NCBI RefSeq assembly: GCF_001194135.2
Contig: NC_068992.1
Span: 47,544,224-47,608,223 of the forward strand
Length of the DNA stretch: 64,000 nt
Reading direction: 5' to 3'
Source of the DNA: Octopus bimaculoides
Taxonomy: Eukaryota
The notes beneath the pieces were generated by a model. The model saw nothing but the letters and a program-made list of their open reading frames with translations. It was not told the origin of the DNA and made no database searches. Made by a program: the position numbers and the translations under genes. Positions 13,453 to 26,591 of the stretch are shown one piece after another (positions within the stretch are counted from its first letter, which is position 1; each line of letters begins with the position of its first letter).

Positions 13453-13740
13453 ATGCATGTGTGAATTTGTGTTTGTACATGGGTAAATAGTAATTGAGAG
13501 AATAATGAAATATTAATACATTTTACAGGAGACACTTAATTACATAAGAATATATAAATGCATCCAAATGTATGCTTAGAACTACATATATAAGTGTATG
13601 TCACTCAAGTACTCTCCGTAACAAAGAAACGAATACAGACAGATGAGTACGAAAAAAATGCAAAAAGCAACACACACACACACACACAGCAGCAGCACTC
13701 TTAAAGGTATAGACACACACACATATGTATATATGTATGC

Positions 13741-13773
<33 letters not shown>

Positions 13774-16700
13774 TGTTGTTATGTATGTATATATGTATGT
13801 ATATAGTTATGTATATAGTTATGTATATATGTATGTATATAGTTATGCCTATGTACACATACATGAGTGCGCACTTTTCTTTACTTCAACCATAAATCAT
13901 TAGCAATGATGTACCATTATTTCTTACTCTTCAATATTTAGACTTAGAAGCTGACTATTGTTTATCCTGAAGCACAAAGAATCGATAACTTCATCTTTTT
14001 TATCTATGTAGTAAATCACCTTAAAAGTACTTTCTTACTTTGGAGTTTTCCGTTCATTCCCTCAGATAACAGAATAACAGATATTTCGTTTCATCGTTTC
14101 ATTAACACACATTTAATTTCATACTGATATAACTTACTTCATTTCTTCTTACATCCTAATATTCTTACATGCTGTGTAGCATGTCTCTCTTTATGTATTT
14201 ACTTTTATATGTATACCTATATACACCCTTTCCCATTTCCAAGCTGCCAGCAAATAATTTATCGAAACTCGTGGACTTCCTACCAACCTAAGTCGCACTC
14301 ATCATTTCCCTCTCCCACAGACACTCACAGATTATACCTTTCCTATGCACAAACTTCTCCGTCCATATCTACAATTCATCAGCACTATCTATGTTACACT
14401 CATTATTCAAACTTCACTCCGAAAATGATACCTGGGCTTAAAAAGACTCAACTTTCTCTGTTACTCACCTTTCTCAGATACATCGTTAATAACAACAGCC
14501 ACTTACACTGTTTCATAGTCTCCTTCCTTCACCTTTGTTGCTTTCCTAACTTATCTAGTCCTGTGTACTCGCAACACCTTGTGGCCCTGTCATAAATCCT
14601 ACACCGATGCTGCCGGTGCAGAAATCTAATTAATTGCAATCCTTAGTTCTCTCCAAGTTCTCTTATCCTTGTTACGCATCCCAGATCGACACACAGACAT
14701 CCAAACACCCTTGATCCATTTCTCACCTCTATTCCTAACCTCAACCAAACTGTAACTATCAGGTTGCGCTACTACTGCCTCATCGTTATGCTCGAGAGAA
14801 AAATATCCTTATCCCCCACTCTGTGGCACTTCATTTTAACCGACTTTTCGGATCTTCCTCTGTTTAATGCTGGCAGTATGTTTTATTTTTTGATTTATCG
14901 GAAACAGTGAAGAGAATGACTGAAACTATCTTTTTAGGCAAGACTCTCCACATCCTGCACAGAAAGAAATTCAATGTCTCATTTTCTCCAGCAGTTTACT
15001 CATTGTTGCACTGGAAACGTCCAGGCAAGAACGAAGCTTAGATCGCTCGGAGAAACTCACTCCGCGCTCTCCTCCACCCAAAATCTTGGCGGCGTTAACC
15101 CAGCAGCACAACTCTTGCAAATTATAATCGAAATCATAAGACCATGTATCGCACAGTCATAAAGCTTTGCTATCTCTGAAACTTCAGCTGATCAAGCTGG
15201 CTGTTTGCCAGAGATCTATCTACCAATTTTGCAGATCCTTTGCCTTCACTTCACAACAACGATAGTTCTATGAAGAGTACTGCCTCCATCCGAACTTCCC
15301 ACTATGCAACCAACCTCACTCCTTGCATACTTGGCAAAATATCTTCCCTTCCAATTTTCCTGGTCCACCAACTTGCATAGACATACGTCATGTGTGTAGG
15401 TTCCTTCAGTTGCTTCAGCCTAACAAGGACAACGCAATCTTTATACCCCAAATCTAACCTCTATACTCTATAATCTCTCTCTCTCTCTACTTAGATCTAT
15501 GAGCTAAACTGCTACTCTGATAGTTAACCAACACTTATAATCACTATCTCAATATTCCAGGACAATTTCTCTCTTCCTTGGTGTAGTAAACTATAACATC
15601 TTTATAATAATTCTGCTGACTATTTTTAATATTTATGTTGTGGCGCAAAACGTTTTAATTAGTTTGAAGAAAATATTTATTAGGGTGCCAACTACTAAGC
15701 TAAACAGGGGATTAAACAAATGTCTCTATTTTTGTTTCTGGTGAGTATAGGTGTTTTTCCTTTTTCTAAAATTTTAGTATTAATGACTTCAAAATAGGGT
15801 TTACCCTTAATATACATTTCTTTGGATCTAGGAACAGAAAAAACTCCGCTTCCCTGTCTTGAGACACTGGAACGGGAGAACTGCTTCACTCAATATAACT
15901 TGATATATACTCAACGAAGTACTTTCCTAGTCACCCAGAACACACAGTTGTTACTTTTGTGTCTGCGAAAAGCTGCATATAGTGCAACAGCCAGTTGTGT
16001 CTCTTCACAAGAAGAGTGAGCTAGCATGCTGTCGCGACAAGCGTAACTCTCTGCTAACTTTGAAGCATTCTGTTAACATTATTTTATAAGTTTTATCCCA
16101 CATATTATACCAACAGTCTACTGTTTCCTAAAACACAGGATTTGAAATGATTCCCTACAGACAATTTGCAGTTTTCCATAAACTTTACTCTCACTACTAG
16201 AATTTCTAACCAATGACGTTGCGTCAGTTAATTCAAAGACAAAAATATCTCAATGAATAGAAATTATTTCCGTTTATGTAATCACTTAAGAATCAAACAA
16301 TTCTATAGGAATAAAAAGAAAATCTTTTGCTCTCCTACTCTCTCAAATGTTATGTTTCAATGCGAAAAGTTTGAATAGCTTAAAGCAATTATTGATCGAA
16401 TCAGTAACACTAAAAAATAAACGTCACTTAATTTAAGAACATTTCAAACGTATAAATCTTTCCAACAAAATGGAATGTGCGTTATAAAGATTGAAAAAAT
16501 ATATAATCTGATAGCACTAATACATTGGCCGGGTAAGTGCAATTCCTCAAAATGGAATTTTGTTTACTAGGCACTGAATCTGAAAGTTTTATGTTGTCTA
16601 TATAATCATACAATTGAACACCTTTCCTAGATTTCCTTTCCTGAATATCACGTTCTCCCCATTCTGTAAGTTTTCTATCGTATTTAAATCTGAGAATTGC

Positions 16701-16966
16701 GCTGACCAATGCAAGACTCGGGTTTTCCTGTTTTGGGCGAATTCCATAGTATTCCTGTAAAACGCTTCAGGTTGTTGTCGTGATGAAAAATACCGATCTC
16801 TTGATATATAATTTTTGAAAGATTCACTTGTCCTCGTTTACTTTTCTCGGAGGCTTAAGATTTGAACATGGGACTAATCAAACAAGATTGGGGTTGCAAG
16901 AGTTGAAATAGCTACAATAGCTACAAATGGTTAATTTCATCAACAACGCATGAAACTCTCTTTTTT

Positions 16967-17455
16967 TCTTTTACTTGTTTCAGTCATTTGACTGCAGCCA
17001 TGCTGGAGCACCGCCTTTAGTCGAGCAAATCGACCCCAGATCTTATTCTTTGTAAGCCTTGTACTTATTCTATCGGTCCCTTTTGCCGAACCGCTAGGTT
17101 ACGGGGACGTAAACACACCAGCATCAGTTGTCAAGCGATGATGGGGGACAAACACAGACACACAAACATACACACACACANNNNNNNNNNNNNNNNNNNN
17201 NNNNNNNNNNNNNNNNNNNNNNNNNNNNNNNNNNNNNNNNNNNNNNNNNNNNNNNNNNTATATATATATATATATGTATACATACATATATACGACGGGC
17301 TTCTTTCAGTTTCCGTCTACCAAATCCACTGACAAGGTTTTGGTCGGCTCGAGGCTATAGTAGGAGACGCTTGCCCAAGATGCCACGCAGTGAGACTGAA
17401 CCCAGAACCATGTGGTTCGTAAGCAAGCTACTTACCACACAGCCACTCCTACGCC
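16967..17455 (-). mobile_element. tRNA-derived SINE, family A (full length, internal microsatellite)
   Basis: Near-identical to 60487-60882. The minus strand begins AGGAGTGGCTGTGTGGTAAG (A-box-like) ... GGTTCAGTC (B-box-like), followed by a CORE-like TTGGGCAAG motif. Confidence 0.85.
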
Positions 17456-18697
17456 TACACTGTTCACGATTTACTTGATTTGATTGATGGGACAGCGCCC
17501 AGTTTGAGACATGCAGCCTCAAACCACGGCATTACCGTCACTGAGCTTTATTGTGAGTTTCATTCATTATGAATAGAATTAATCGCCCATATTCACTGGA
17601 TGTACAGTCGGTCAGCAGAGCCGAACAAATAAAATTCCAACTCATTCAGATGCTCTAGTCTTAAGCTCCGAGAAAATTTAACGAGGGCTAGTTAGTTTCT
17701 CATAAAAAATATAGGGTTTTTCTTTCACACATAACATGCCGTACAGGCCCAAACCGCTTTAGTTGATTTTTAATGTTAGTGACAGCAATTAACATGTGGT
17801 GTTTATATAAAATTTCATTTAAAATGCCAGAGGTAGATAATATCATTACCTTCACCAAGGAACTATAATGGTATTGGACTGCTCATTTAGCTGTTCTTTG
17901 CTGCTGCGCTGATCAAGGACAGTAGAATAGCCAGCCAGTAGTTTTATAGAAGGTGCCTACAGAAAGATGAACAACAGACTGAGCACTCAGTTGCAGCAAC
18001 AACGGTCTGCAAAAAAATTATTTAACCCTATGCTTTTTAAAGACTTTTATAACATATTTTTCGTTAACACATCACTCTAAATCTTATCCCATAGTTACGA
18101 ACTCTCCGTCTTACTTAGGGAAAGTATACTAACGATACTGAAATTAAATTATATTTTATAAAAAGCTCTTACATAAGATAGCATTCATATCAGTAATTTT
18201 ATTAATTCCGTCAGTTAATTACATTGAGCTAACTAAAAGAAATTCGTGCTAAAACTTGCACCAGTTAAAAGAGTAAAAACACTGTCTTTTTATTCATTTA
18301 TAGTTACGTAGTTGCAATCGTGATTAAATAAACGGAAATAATTAGAGTTTAATCAACAGTAAACTCTTGCCTTTAAACTATGTGACAGTACAAACACACA
18401 GACACACTCACTTCATATATAGACATATATATNNNNNNNNNNNNNNNNNNNNNNNNNNNNNNNNNNNNNNNNNNNNNNNNNNNNNNNNNNNNNNNNNNNN
18501 NNNNNNNNNNNNNNNNNNNNNNNNNNNNNNNNNNNNNNNNNNNNNNNNNNNNNNNNNNNNNNNNNNNNNNNNNNNNNNNNNNNNNNNNNNNNNNNNNNNN
18601 NNNNNNNNNNNNNNNNNNNNNNNNNNNNNNNNNNNNNNNNNNNNNNNNNNNNNNNNNNNNNNNNNNNNNNNNNNNNNNNNNNNNNNNNNNNNNNNNN

Positions 18698-18770
<73 letters not shown>

Positions 18771-19197
18771 CAGACATATCTACGCACTAACAAAATTCGA
18801 CAATTTGGAAAAGGAAAGTGTCTCCTACTATAGCCCCAAGCTTATGAGTGAATTTTATAAACGGAAACTGGAAGAAGCCTAATGTGTCTGTGTTTGTGTG
18901 AGTTTGTATGTGTGTACACACACACACACACGCACACAGAGTAACACGCAACTTTAAATAATCTTTCTGAAATAATAATAATAGTCAGTTTCGTATCAGA
19001 GAATGAGAAACAGTAGCTGACGAAGTAGCTATAAAATTCCTTATCAATATGGAAGAACCTTCTGGTCACTGTCAAGTGACCACACAAGCTCTTTGTCCTG
19101 AAAGAACAAAGAGGGTAGACAGAAACTACAAAACTTATTTTTGGAATTGGAATACATCTCTCTTTCTCTCTCTCTATCTTCGTTTCAAGTTACCAAC

Positions 19198-19380
19198 TTT
19201 AAGATGGTGACCATCAGTGACAATACAAGGAAAGATAGGTTGGGTGAGATTGTAGAGATGCCGCAACGTACGGCAAGTGAGTGTGTATTTTGTGCAAGGA
19301 GCCTTAGCCAGACTACTCACCGTCAAGGAACATAGGTACAAATACTTATGTATTGATACCGGTGATGGATTAGATGGTAC
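19198..19380 (+). mobile_element. Decayed RTE-clade LINE, N-terminus of the AP endonuclease
   Basis: Frameshifted translations FKMVTISDNTRKDRLGEIVEM and ARLLTVKEHRYKYLCIDTGDGLDG resemble the RTE APE start (xATLNVGTxxGRxxEIVEML ... YKxFWxGxxxGxGGVG). Confidence 0.5.
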
Positions 19381-19432
19381 TACTAAAGCAGCGCGGACCC
19401 GAACGCGCAGTCGCGCGTCCGCGCTAGCTAGT
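19381..19432 (+). mobile_element. Rolling-circle (Helitron/Helentron-type) terminus-like GC hairpin ending CTAG-T
   Basis: AGCGCGGAC (19390-19398) and GTCCGCGCT (19417-19425) are inverted repeats; inner hairpin ACGCGC-agtc-GCGCGT; CTAG at 19428-19431 followed by T. Confidence 0.4.
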
Positions 19433-19443
19433 CTTGAGTGGTC

Positions 19444-19546
19444 GATCCTAACCCTATCTCCCTAACCCTAACCCTAACCCTGTCCCTAACCCGCATGTGC
19501 AAATGAATACGTGTTTAGGGTTAGGGTTAGGGTTAGGGTTAGGATC
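19444..19546. repeat. Inverted interstitial telomere-like cassette (CCCTAA)n-spacer-(TTAGGG)n
   Basis: Starts GATCCTAACCCT and ends AGGGTTAGGATC (perfect 12-bp terminal inversion), with a ~22-bp unique centre. It abuts an N-gap. Confidence 0.85.
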
Positions 19547-19985
19547 NNNNNNNNNNNNNNNNNNNNNNNNNNNNNNNNNNNNNNNNNNNNNNNNNNNNNN
19601 NNNNNNNNNNNNNNNNNNNNNNNNNNNNNNNNNNNNNNNNNNNNNNNNNNNNNNNNNNNNNNNNNNNNNNNNNNNNNNNNNNNNNNNNNNNNNNNNNNNN
19701 NNNNNNNNNNNNNNNNNNNNNNNNNNNNNNNNNNNNNNNNNNNNNNNNNNNNNNNNNNNNNNNNNNNNNNNNNNNNNNNNNNNNNNNNNNNNNNNNNNNN
19801 NNNNNNNNNNNNNNNNNNNNNNNNNNNNNNNNNNNNNNNNNNNNNNNNNNNNNNNNNNNNNNNNNNNNNNNNNNNNNNNNNNNNNNNNNNNNNNNNNNNN
19901 NNNNNNNNNNNNNNNNNNNNNNNNNNNNNNNNNNNNNNNNNNNNNNNNNNNNNNNNNNNNNNNNNNNNNNNNNNNNNNNNNNNNN

Positions 19986-20250
19986 GTGGTGGCGAACCCT
20001 GCTGTACTCTTTCACCACAACTTTCTCTCACTCTTTCTTCCTGTTTCTGCTGTGCCTGTAATTCAAAGGGCCAGCCTGGTCACACTGTGTCATGCTGAAT
20101 ATCCCCGAGAACTACGTAAAGGGTACACGTGTCTGTGGAGTGCTCAGCCACTTCCACGTCAATTTCATGAGCAGGCTGTTCCGTTGATCGGATCAACTGG
20201 AACCCTCGACGTCGTAAACAACGGAGTGCCAACAGCAACAACAACAATGC
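19986..20250 (+). mobile_element. SINE family C, 3' part (head lost in the gap), (CAA)n tail
   Basis: Reverse-complement match to 36867-37110 and 55367-55530. Confidence 0.85.
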
Positions 20251-20484
20251 ATAACTGTTGTGTCTGGTGGATAAATAAAAGAACTATCGAAGCTATGGCT
20301 CTGGGATTTCCGTATTGCATATAATGTCACCATGTACAAAATCCAACTTCAAGAAGCCAGCAAGCCAACTAATTACCGATGGGTGAACACGGAAGCCAGG
20401 TATGGTTCATAATCCTCAGAAAAAAGGCTGATGGCGAGTTGTGAATGCTAAGTCTATCCCTGGTGAAAAGAATACCATCCAATA

Positions 20485-20970
20485 TAGACGAGGGGGAGAT
20501 GTTCTAGGAACCGGTTGGAGAAAGTTCAGTGAGATATGATCTCTACTAGTAAGAAAATGATTCTCCCTCAGAGTGAAGGGAAGGATATATGATGCTTGTG
20601 TGCAAAGAAGGATGTAACATCGCAGTGAGACTGACATGCGTCTTGACTACAAAAGATCTGCGGAGGCTAGAAAGAAACACATAAAAAGGATGTGTAATAT
20701 TAGCTTGCATGAATGATTGAACACAGGTTAGCTGAGAAGAAAATCAAAGATAAGAGGAATGAGGCTTAGTGTGCCAGTGAGAAGAGAGCATTGGTATGGG
20801 TATGTGATACATATTGGAGGAAGATAGCTACATAACGATGTACCGTGTACTCGAATCAAATTAAACTTATGGAAGAAAAAACACTAACAAAGACCTGGGA
20901 CGAAGTGCTGAAGTCAGATCTGAAGTGTTACATCACATAGAAATGACAAATGTTTGCGTGGTTGGCGGTA
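20485..20970 (+). mobile_element. Decayed RTE-clade LINE, ORF C-terminus downstream of RT
   Basis: GWRKFSEI*SLLVRK*FSLRVKGRIYDACV...SET, WYGYV and KTWDEVLKSDL match RTE motifs (AWxKFRELxPLL...KGRLYxACVRxxMLxGSETW, WxGHVxR, RPRKTWxExVxxD). Multiple stops. Confidence 0.7.
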
Positions 20971-21943
20971 TACTCACTCAGGAGTGGTATAATGGACGTT
21001 AAATTTCTCTCTCTCAAATATAACACGAAGATGGAAAATACCAGGCTTTAATAGCAAATCACCATATTTGTTTCTGCACCGGACACCAGCTTTAAGTTGC
21101 TAAATTTACATTTGTATATCACTATATAAAATTATTCTTTAGAATCACTATATAATTAAATATTTTTCTGCAATAGCTACACATAACTTATATATATATA
21201 TATATATAACTTATATATATATGTAGATAAACCTGACTTTAGAGATTACAGACTGTCTTCTTTGGAGATAATATTTACCATTGGATTTGCTGCAAAAAAG
21301 AATTATAACGTTTAAAATAACATCACTACTTGTAGCTGAATATACTTACCTCATGTTATGACTCACAGTCGGGTAGACTGACCAGTTTTGTAGACACCAA
21401 AATCTTCACAATCGGTTACTGTACATTAACCACTACTACTTTTGACCGGGCATCATGGTTACTCTTACTGACATCGATATTTTAGGGTTTCACTGTTTCA
21501 GGATATGAAATTTTATAAGATTTGTGGTCAAACTTCAGCTCAACACACATGGCTCTTCATCGTTTACTGTATGACTTGCAAAGATATATGTTGGCTGAGA
21601 TCATTAACTTCATCAAAATTAATATCAAAGCTCGTGGATAAAATTAACTAGATAGATATTGTAATTAATTAATTTGTTTATTTAGTAATTAACTAATATA
21701 AAGTTCCTTTATCCGTCTCAATTAATATAAATAGGAAATGATATAAAAAATGCTATAGAATTTCTAATTATGTACAAGATAACAAATACAGAGACCATTC
21801 TATTCAAATGAAGATCACCAAATGGGTTTAGAACAATAATTTAGGAAAACATGAATGGGTGTGTGTAAGGAATATTCAGGCTTTGAAATTACGATATGTG
21901 GCTGTTAGATTAAACAAATATGATCAACCTTCCTTTATACATG

Positions 21944-22000
<57 letters not shown>

Positions 22001-23866
22001 NNNNNNNNNNNNNNNNNNNNNNNNNNNNNNNNNNNNNNNNNNNNNNNNNNNNNNNNNNNNNNNNNNNNNNNNNNNNNNNNNNNNNNNNNNNNNNNNNNNN
22101 NNNNNNNNNNNNNNNNNNNNNNNNNNNNNNNNNNNNNNNNNNNNNNNNNNNNNNNNNNNNNNNNNNNNNNNNNNNNNNNNNNNNNNNNNNNNNNNNNNNN
22201 NNNNNNNNNNNNNNNNNNNNNNNNNNNNNNNNNNNNNNNNNNNNNNNNNNNNNNNNNNNNNNNNNNNNNNNNNNNNNNNNNNNNNNNNNNNNNNNNNNNN
22301 NNNNNNNNNNNNNNNNNNNNNNNNNNNNNNNNNNNNNNNNNNNNNNNNNNNNNNNNNNNNNNNNNNNNNNNNNNNNNNNNNNNNNNNNNNNNNNNNNNNN
22401 NNNNNNNNNNNNNNNNNNNNNNNNNNNNNNNNNNNNNNNNNNNNNNNNNNNNNNNNNNNNNNNNNNNNNNNNNNNNNNNNNNNNNNNNNNNNNNNNNNNN
22501 NNNNNNNNNNNNNNNNNNNNNNNNNNNNNNNNNNNNNNNNNNNNNNNNNNNNNNNNNNNNNNNNNNNNNNNNNNNNNNNNNNNNNNNNNNNNNNNNNNNN
22601 NNNNNNNNNNNNNNNNNNNNNNNNNNNNNNNNNNNNNNNNNNNNNNNNNNNNNNNNNNNNNNNNNNNNNNNNNNNNNNNNNNNNNNNNNNNNNNNNNNNN
22701 NNNNNNNNNNNNNNNNNNNNNNNNNNNNNNNNNNNNNNNNNNNNNNNNNNNNNNNNNNNNNNNNNNNNNNNNNNNNNNNNNNNNNNNNNNNNNNNNNNNN
22801 NNNNNNNNNNNNNNNNNNNNNNNNNNNNNNNNNNNNNNNNNNNNNNNNNNNNNNNNNNNNNNNNNNNNNNNNNNNNNNNNNNNNNNNNNNNNNNNNNNNN
22901 NNNNNNNNNNNNNNNNNNNNNNNNNNNNNNNNNNNNNNNNNNNNNNNNNNNNNNNNNNNNNNNNNNNNNNNNNNNNNNNNNNNNNNNNNNNNNNNNNNAT
23001 ATATATATATATATATATGCACACATAAAAGCTTCCTTTGCAGAAAGATTACTCAACTAAATTAGGAGGCATTGCATACTTACATTTCATAAAAAATATG
23101 TTGCTGCATGATTCTGATACGAGTAAAGCTCAATCTAATAATGTAGAATCGTTAAATCTATTTATGTAAATAATTTACCTTTCATTGTTAATCTAGATTT
23201 TTTTTTTTCAAAATTCTACACAGAATAACTATGTTAAACTAATGTTTTTCACCCTAGATTTGTGTTCCGTATTGTACTGGTACTGCAATGACCCCTTAAT
23301 ATAACTACTGTGGGTAGATGAGAAGAAAGTGTTGCATTTAGTATGTTCAATTTAAAGTTTAATGCTAACGGTGAAGTTTGTATATTCCACTGCAAAGCTT
23401 CCATGTTTATGGTTTCATATGGGTAGAAAGATTTTTAATTCTACTGTTTTTATAATATAATCTAACTGTTAGTTTGTTCTCAGGTTTAATACACATATAA
23501 GTGTCTTTTATATTAATTACGCTAACAGAAAGGAAATACAGTCATACTGGCCAGTAGTAGCTTCTTTAAGATGTTTATTCAGTACACTAGTTGTTTTATT
23601 TGTTGGTTGTTTATGCACATTCATTACTAACATAATTATTGTCTCAATCATTAGAGCATCAGTGAAGAGGCTCTGGATATACACAGATGAATTGGACTTT
23701 GTGAGAAGAGGAATGGCAGTGCCAATGATAATTTTCCAGGGCCTCCAAAACTGATGCAGTAACAGAAAGGTCTCAACATTCTCAGACAAGGGACTTAGTT
23801 TAAATATTTGGGGTCGACTCTACTAAAGTCCTTTTGAAGTGACCTTATTTGATATAAAACACACAC

Positions 23867-23904
<38 letters not shown>

Positions 23905-24483
23905 NNNNNNNNNNNNNNNNNNNNNNNNNNNNNNNNNNNNNNNNNNNNNNNNNNNNNNNNNNNNNNNNNNNNNNNNNNNNNNNNNNNNNNNNNNNNNNNN
24001 NNNNNNNNNNNNNNNNNNNNNNNNNNNNNNNNNNNNNNNNNNNNNNNNNNNNNNNNNNNNNNNNNNNNNNNNNNNNNNNNNNNNNNNNNNNNNNNNNNNN
24101 NNNNNNNNNNNNNNNNNNNNNNNNNNNNNNNNNNNNNNNNNNNNNNNNNNNNNNNNNNNNNNNNNNNNNNNNNNNNNNNNNNNNNNNNNNNNNNNNNNNN
24201 NNNNNNNNNNNNNNNNNNNNNNNNNNNNNNNNNNNNNNNNNNNATATATATATATATATATAATGAGATAGAGAAAGAATAAGAGTGAAAGAGAGGCATA
24301 CATAGTAAGATTCAAATACATATATATTACATTGAATTAAACAGGAAAAATAACCACAAACAATTAAAATTAATTAACAAGATGAGAACTATGTTTATAT
24401 GTTTAAATTAATAACAACAATTATAATCATAATTATAATAATGATAATCATTCATAATATTCATAATAATAACGATAATAATA

Positions 24484-24514
<31 letters not shown>

Positions 24515-24675
24515 TCATGATCGTTATAATTAAAACAATTGCAATAGTCATGACAGCCATAACAGCTTATGGCAATTAATAAAACAATAAGGTTAATAAT
24601 GAAATTGTCATATTAGTTAATATGTTATTGGTGGTAATAGTTGTAATTTGTCAGTATCGAAATCATAATTATATC

Positions 24676-24709
<34 letters not shown>

Positions 24710-25802
24710 TTAATAATAACCATAATAATATTGAAGAAGAATGAAAGATGACGAATGAAACGACGCATTGGGAGAAGTTATTAGTTTCCCATTAAACATA
24801 CATGTAGTATATACATGTGGTATACACATACATATATATGTATATATGTACATATATGTATGTTTGTGTGTCTCTAAAACATGTATATCATGAAATACAA
24901 CTGTGTGTGTGCATATATATATATATATATATATANNNNNNNNNNNNNNNNNNNNNNNNNNNNNNNNNNNNNNNNNNNNNNNNNNNNNNNNNNNNNNNNN
25001 NNNNNNNNNNNNNNNNNNNNNNNNNNNNNNNNNNNNNNNNNNNNNNNNNNNNNNNNNNNNNNNNNNNNNNNNNNNNNNNNNNNNNNNNNNNNNNNNNNNN
25101 NNNNNNNNNNNNNNNNNNNNNNNNNNNNNNNNNNNNNNNNNNNNNNNNNNNNNNNNNNNNNNNNNNNNNNNNNNNNNNNNNNNNNNNNNNNNNNNNNNNN
25201 NNNNNNNNNNNNNNNNNNNNNNNNNNNNNNNNNNNNNNNNNNNNNNNNNNNNNNNNNNNNNNNNNNNNNNNNNNNNNNNNNNNNNNNNNNNNNNNNNNNN
25301 NNNNNNNNNNNNNNNNNNNNNNNNNNNNNNNNNNNNNNNNNNNNNNNNNNNNNNNNNNNNNNNNNNNNNNNNNNNNNNNNNNNNNNNNNNNNNNNNNNNN
25401 NNNNNNNNNNNNNNNNNNNNNNNNNNNNNNNNNNNNNNNNNNNNNNNNNNNNNNNNNNNNNNNNNNNNNNNNNNNNNNNNNNNNNNNNNNNNNNNNNNNN
25501 NNNNNNNNNNNNNNNNNNNNNNNNNNNNNNNNNNNNNNNNNNNNNNNNNNNNNNNNNNNNNNNNNNNNNNNNNNNNNNNNNNNNNNNNNNNNNNNNNNNN
25601 NNNNNNNNNNNNNNNNNNNNNNNNNNNNNNNNNNNNNNNNNNNNNNNNNNNNNNNNNNNNNNNNNNNNNNNNNNNNNNNNNNNNNNNNNNNNNNNNNNNN
25701 NNNNNNNNNNNNNNNNNNNNNNNNNNNNNNNNNNNNNNNNNNNNNNNNNNNNNNNNNNNNNNNNNNNNNNNNNNNNNNNNNNNNNNNNNNTATATATATA
25801 TA

Positions 25803-25912
25803 TAGATGGATACATATATACATATACATAGATGGATACATACATATATATATATATACATAGATGGATACATACATATATATATATACATAGATGGATA
25901 CATACATATATA
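25803..25912. repeat. Minisatellite, 26-32-bp units with core TAGATGGATACA
   Basis: Core at 25803, 25829, 25861 and 25891, separated by variable (TA)n. Confidence 0.85.
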
Positions 25913-26558
25913 TGTATATGTATATATATGTATATATGTATATTTGTGTGTTTGTGTATTTCTGTGTGGGGAGTGTAGGTAGGGATGGGAAAGAAATTAA
26001 TTTTTTTTAAACGATCTGAATTTTTTTTTTTTTTTCCACTTTTGTATTATTATTTATTTATCTTTTATTGTAAATAAAATGACTTTTCTTGTTTGATTTT
26101 ATTTTGTTCCAGTGTCATTATTTTCCATTTTCACGATTTCACTTTGTTTCTTAATTTTCTTTCATTTTCATTTCAATTCAACTGGTTTCGTTTCGTTTCG
26201 TCTTCACATTGTTCAATGGTTTTCCAAGAGTTTGGCTTTATTTCAGAGTTATCTTTCCCTTACACAATATTTTGTTTTCTTTTTTGTCTTTTTGGTTTTT
26301 TGATATGAAGATGATATGGTTTCTAATTTTAGGAAGAAAAGTATTTTACGTTCATATATATACATATATATATATACGTATGTGTGTTTGTATTTTTTCA
26401 TTTTTTTCATTGTTTATTATTACGATGATTATTATTATTATCATAAATTTCATTCCTTTTTCTTTCCCCTCTCATACTTTTTTTCTTTTTTTCAAGATCT
26501 TGTATTCTTCCTTCTATATTTCTGCGTCCTCTTTCTCAGGTTTCCTTTTTATTACGTC

Positions 26559-26591
<33 letters not shown>

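Noticed and set aside
14560-15470. Relatively GC-rich, pyrimidine-skewed block suggesting an antisense LINE fragment
   Set aside because: No recognisable protein motif in any frame I translated; left unassigned pending a repeat-library search.
12430-17560. Further + strand exon candidates (near 12440-12537, from 13942, and donors near 15745, 16533 and 17552)
   Set aside because: Each has only one good splice site or an incompatible phase; none could be chained confidently to the 10730 phase 1 donor.
19444-19546. Ancestral telomere-telomere fusion site
   Set aside because: Fusion scars read (TTAGGG)n(CCCTAA)n; the polarity here is reversed and the tracts are very short.
21344-21650. Strong minus-strand donor (GAG|GTAAGT at 21350) and a 49-codon + strand frame from 21502
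   Set aside because: Stops lie close upstream of the donor in all frames; the + frame lacks support from neighbouring exons.
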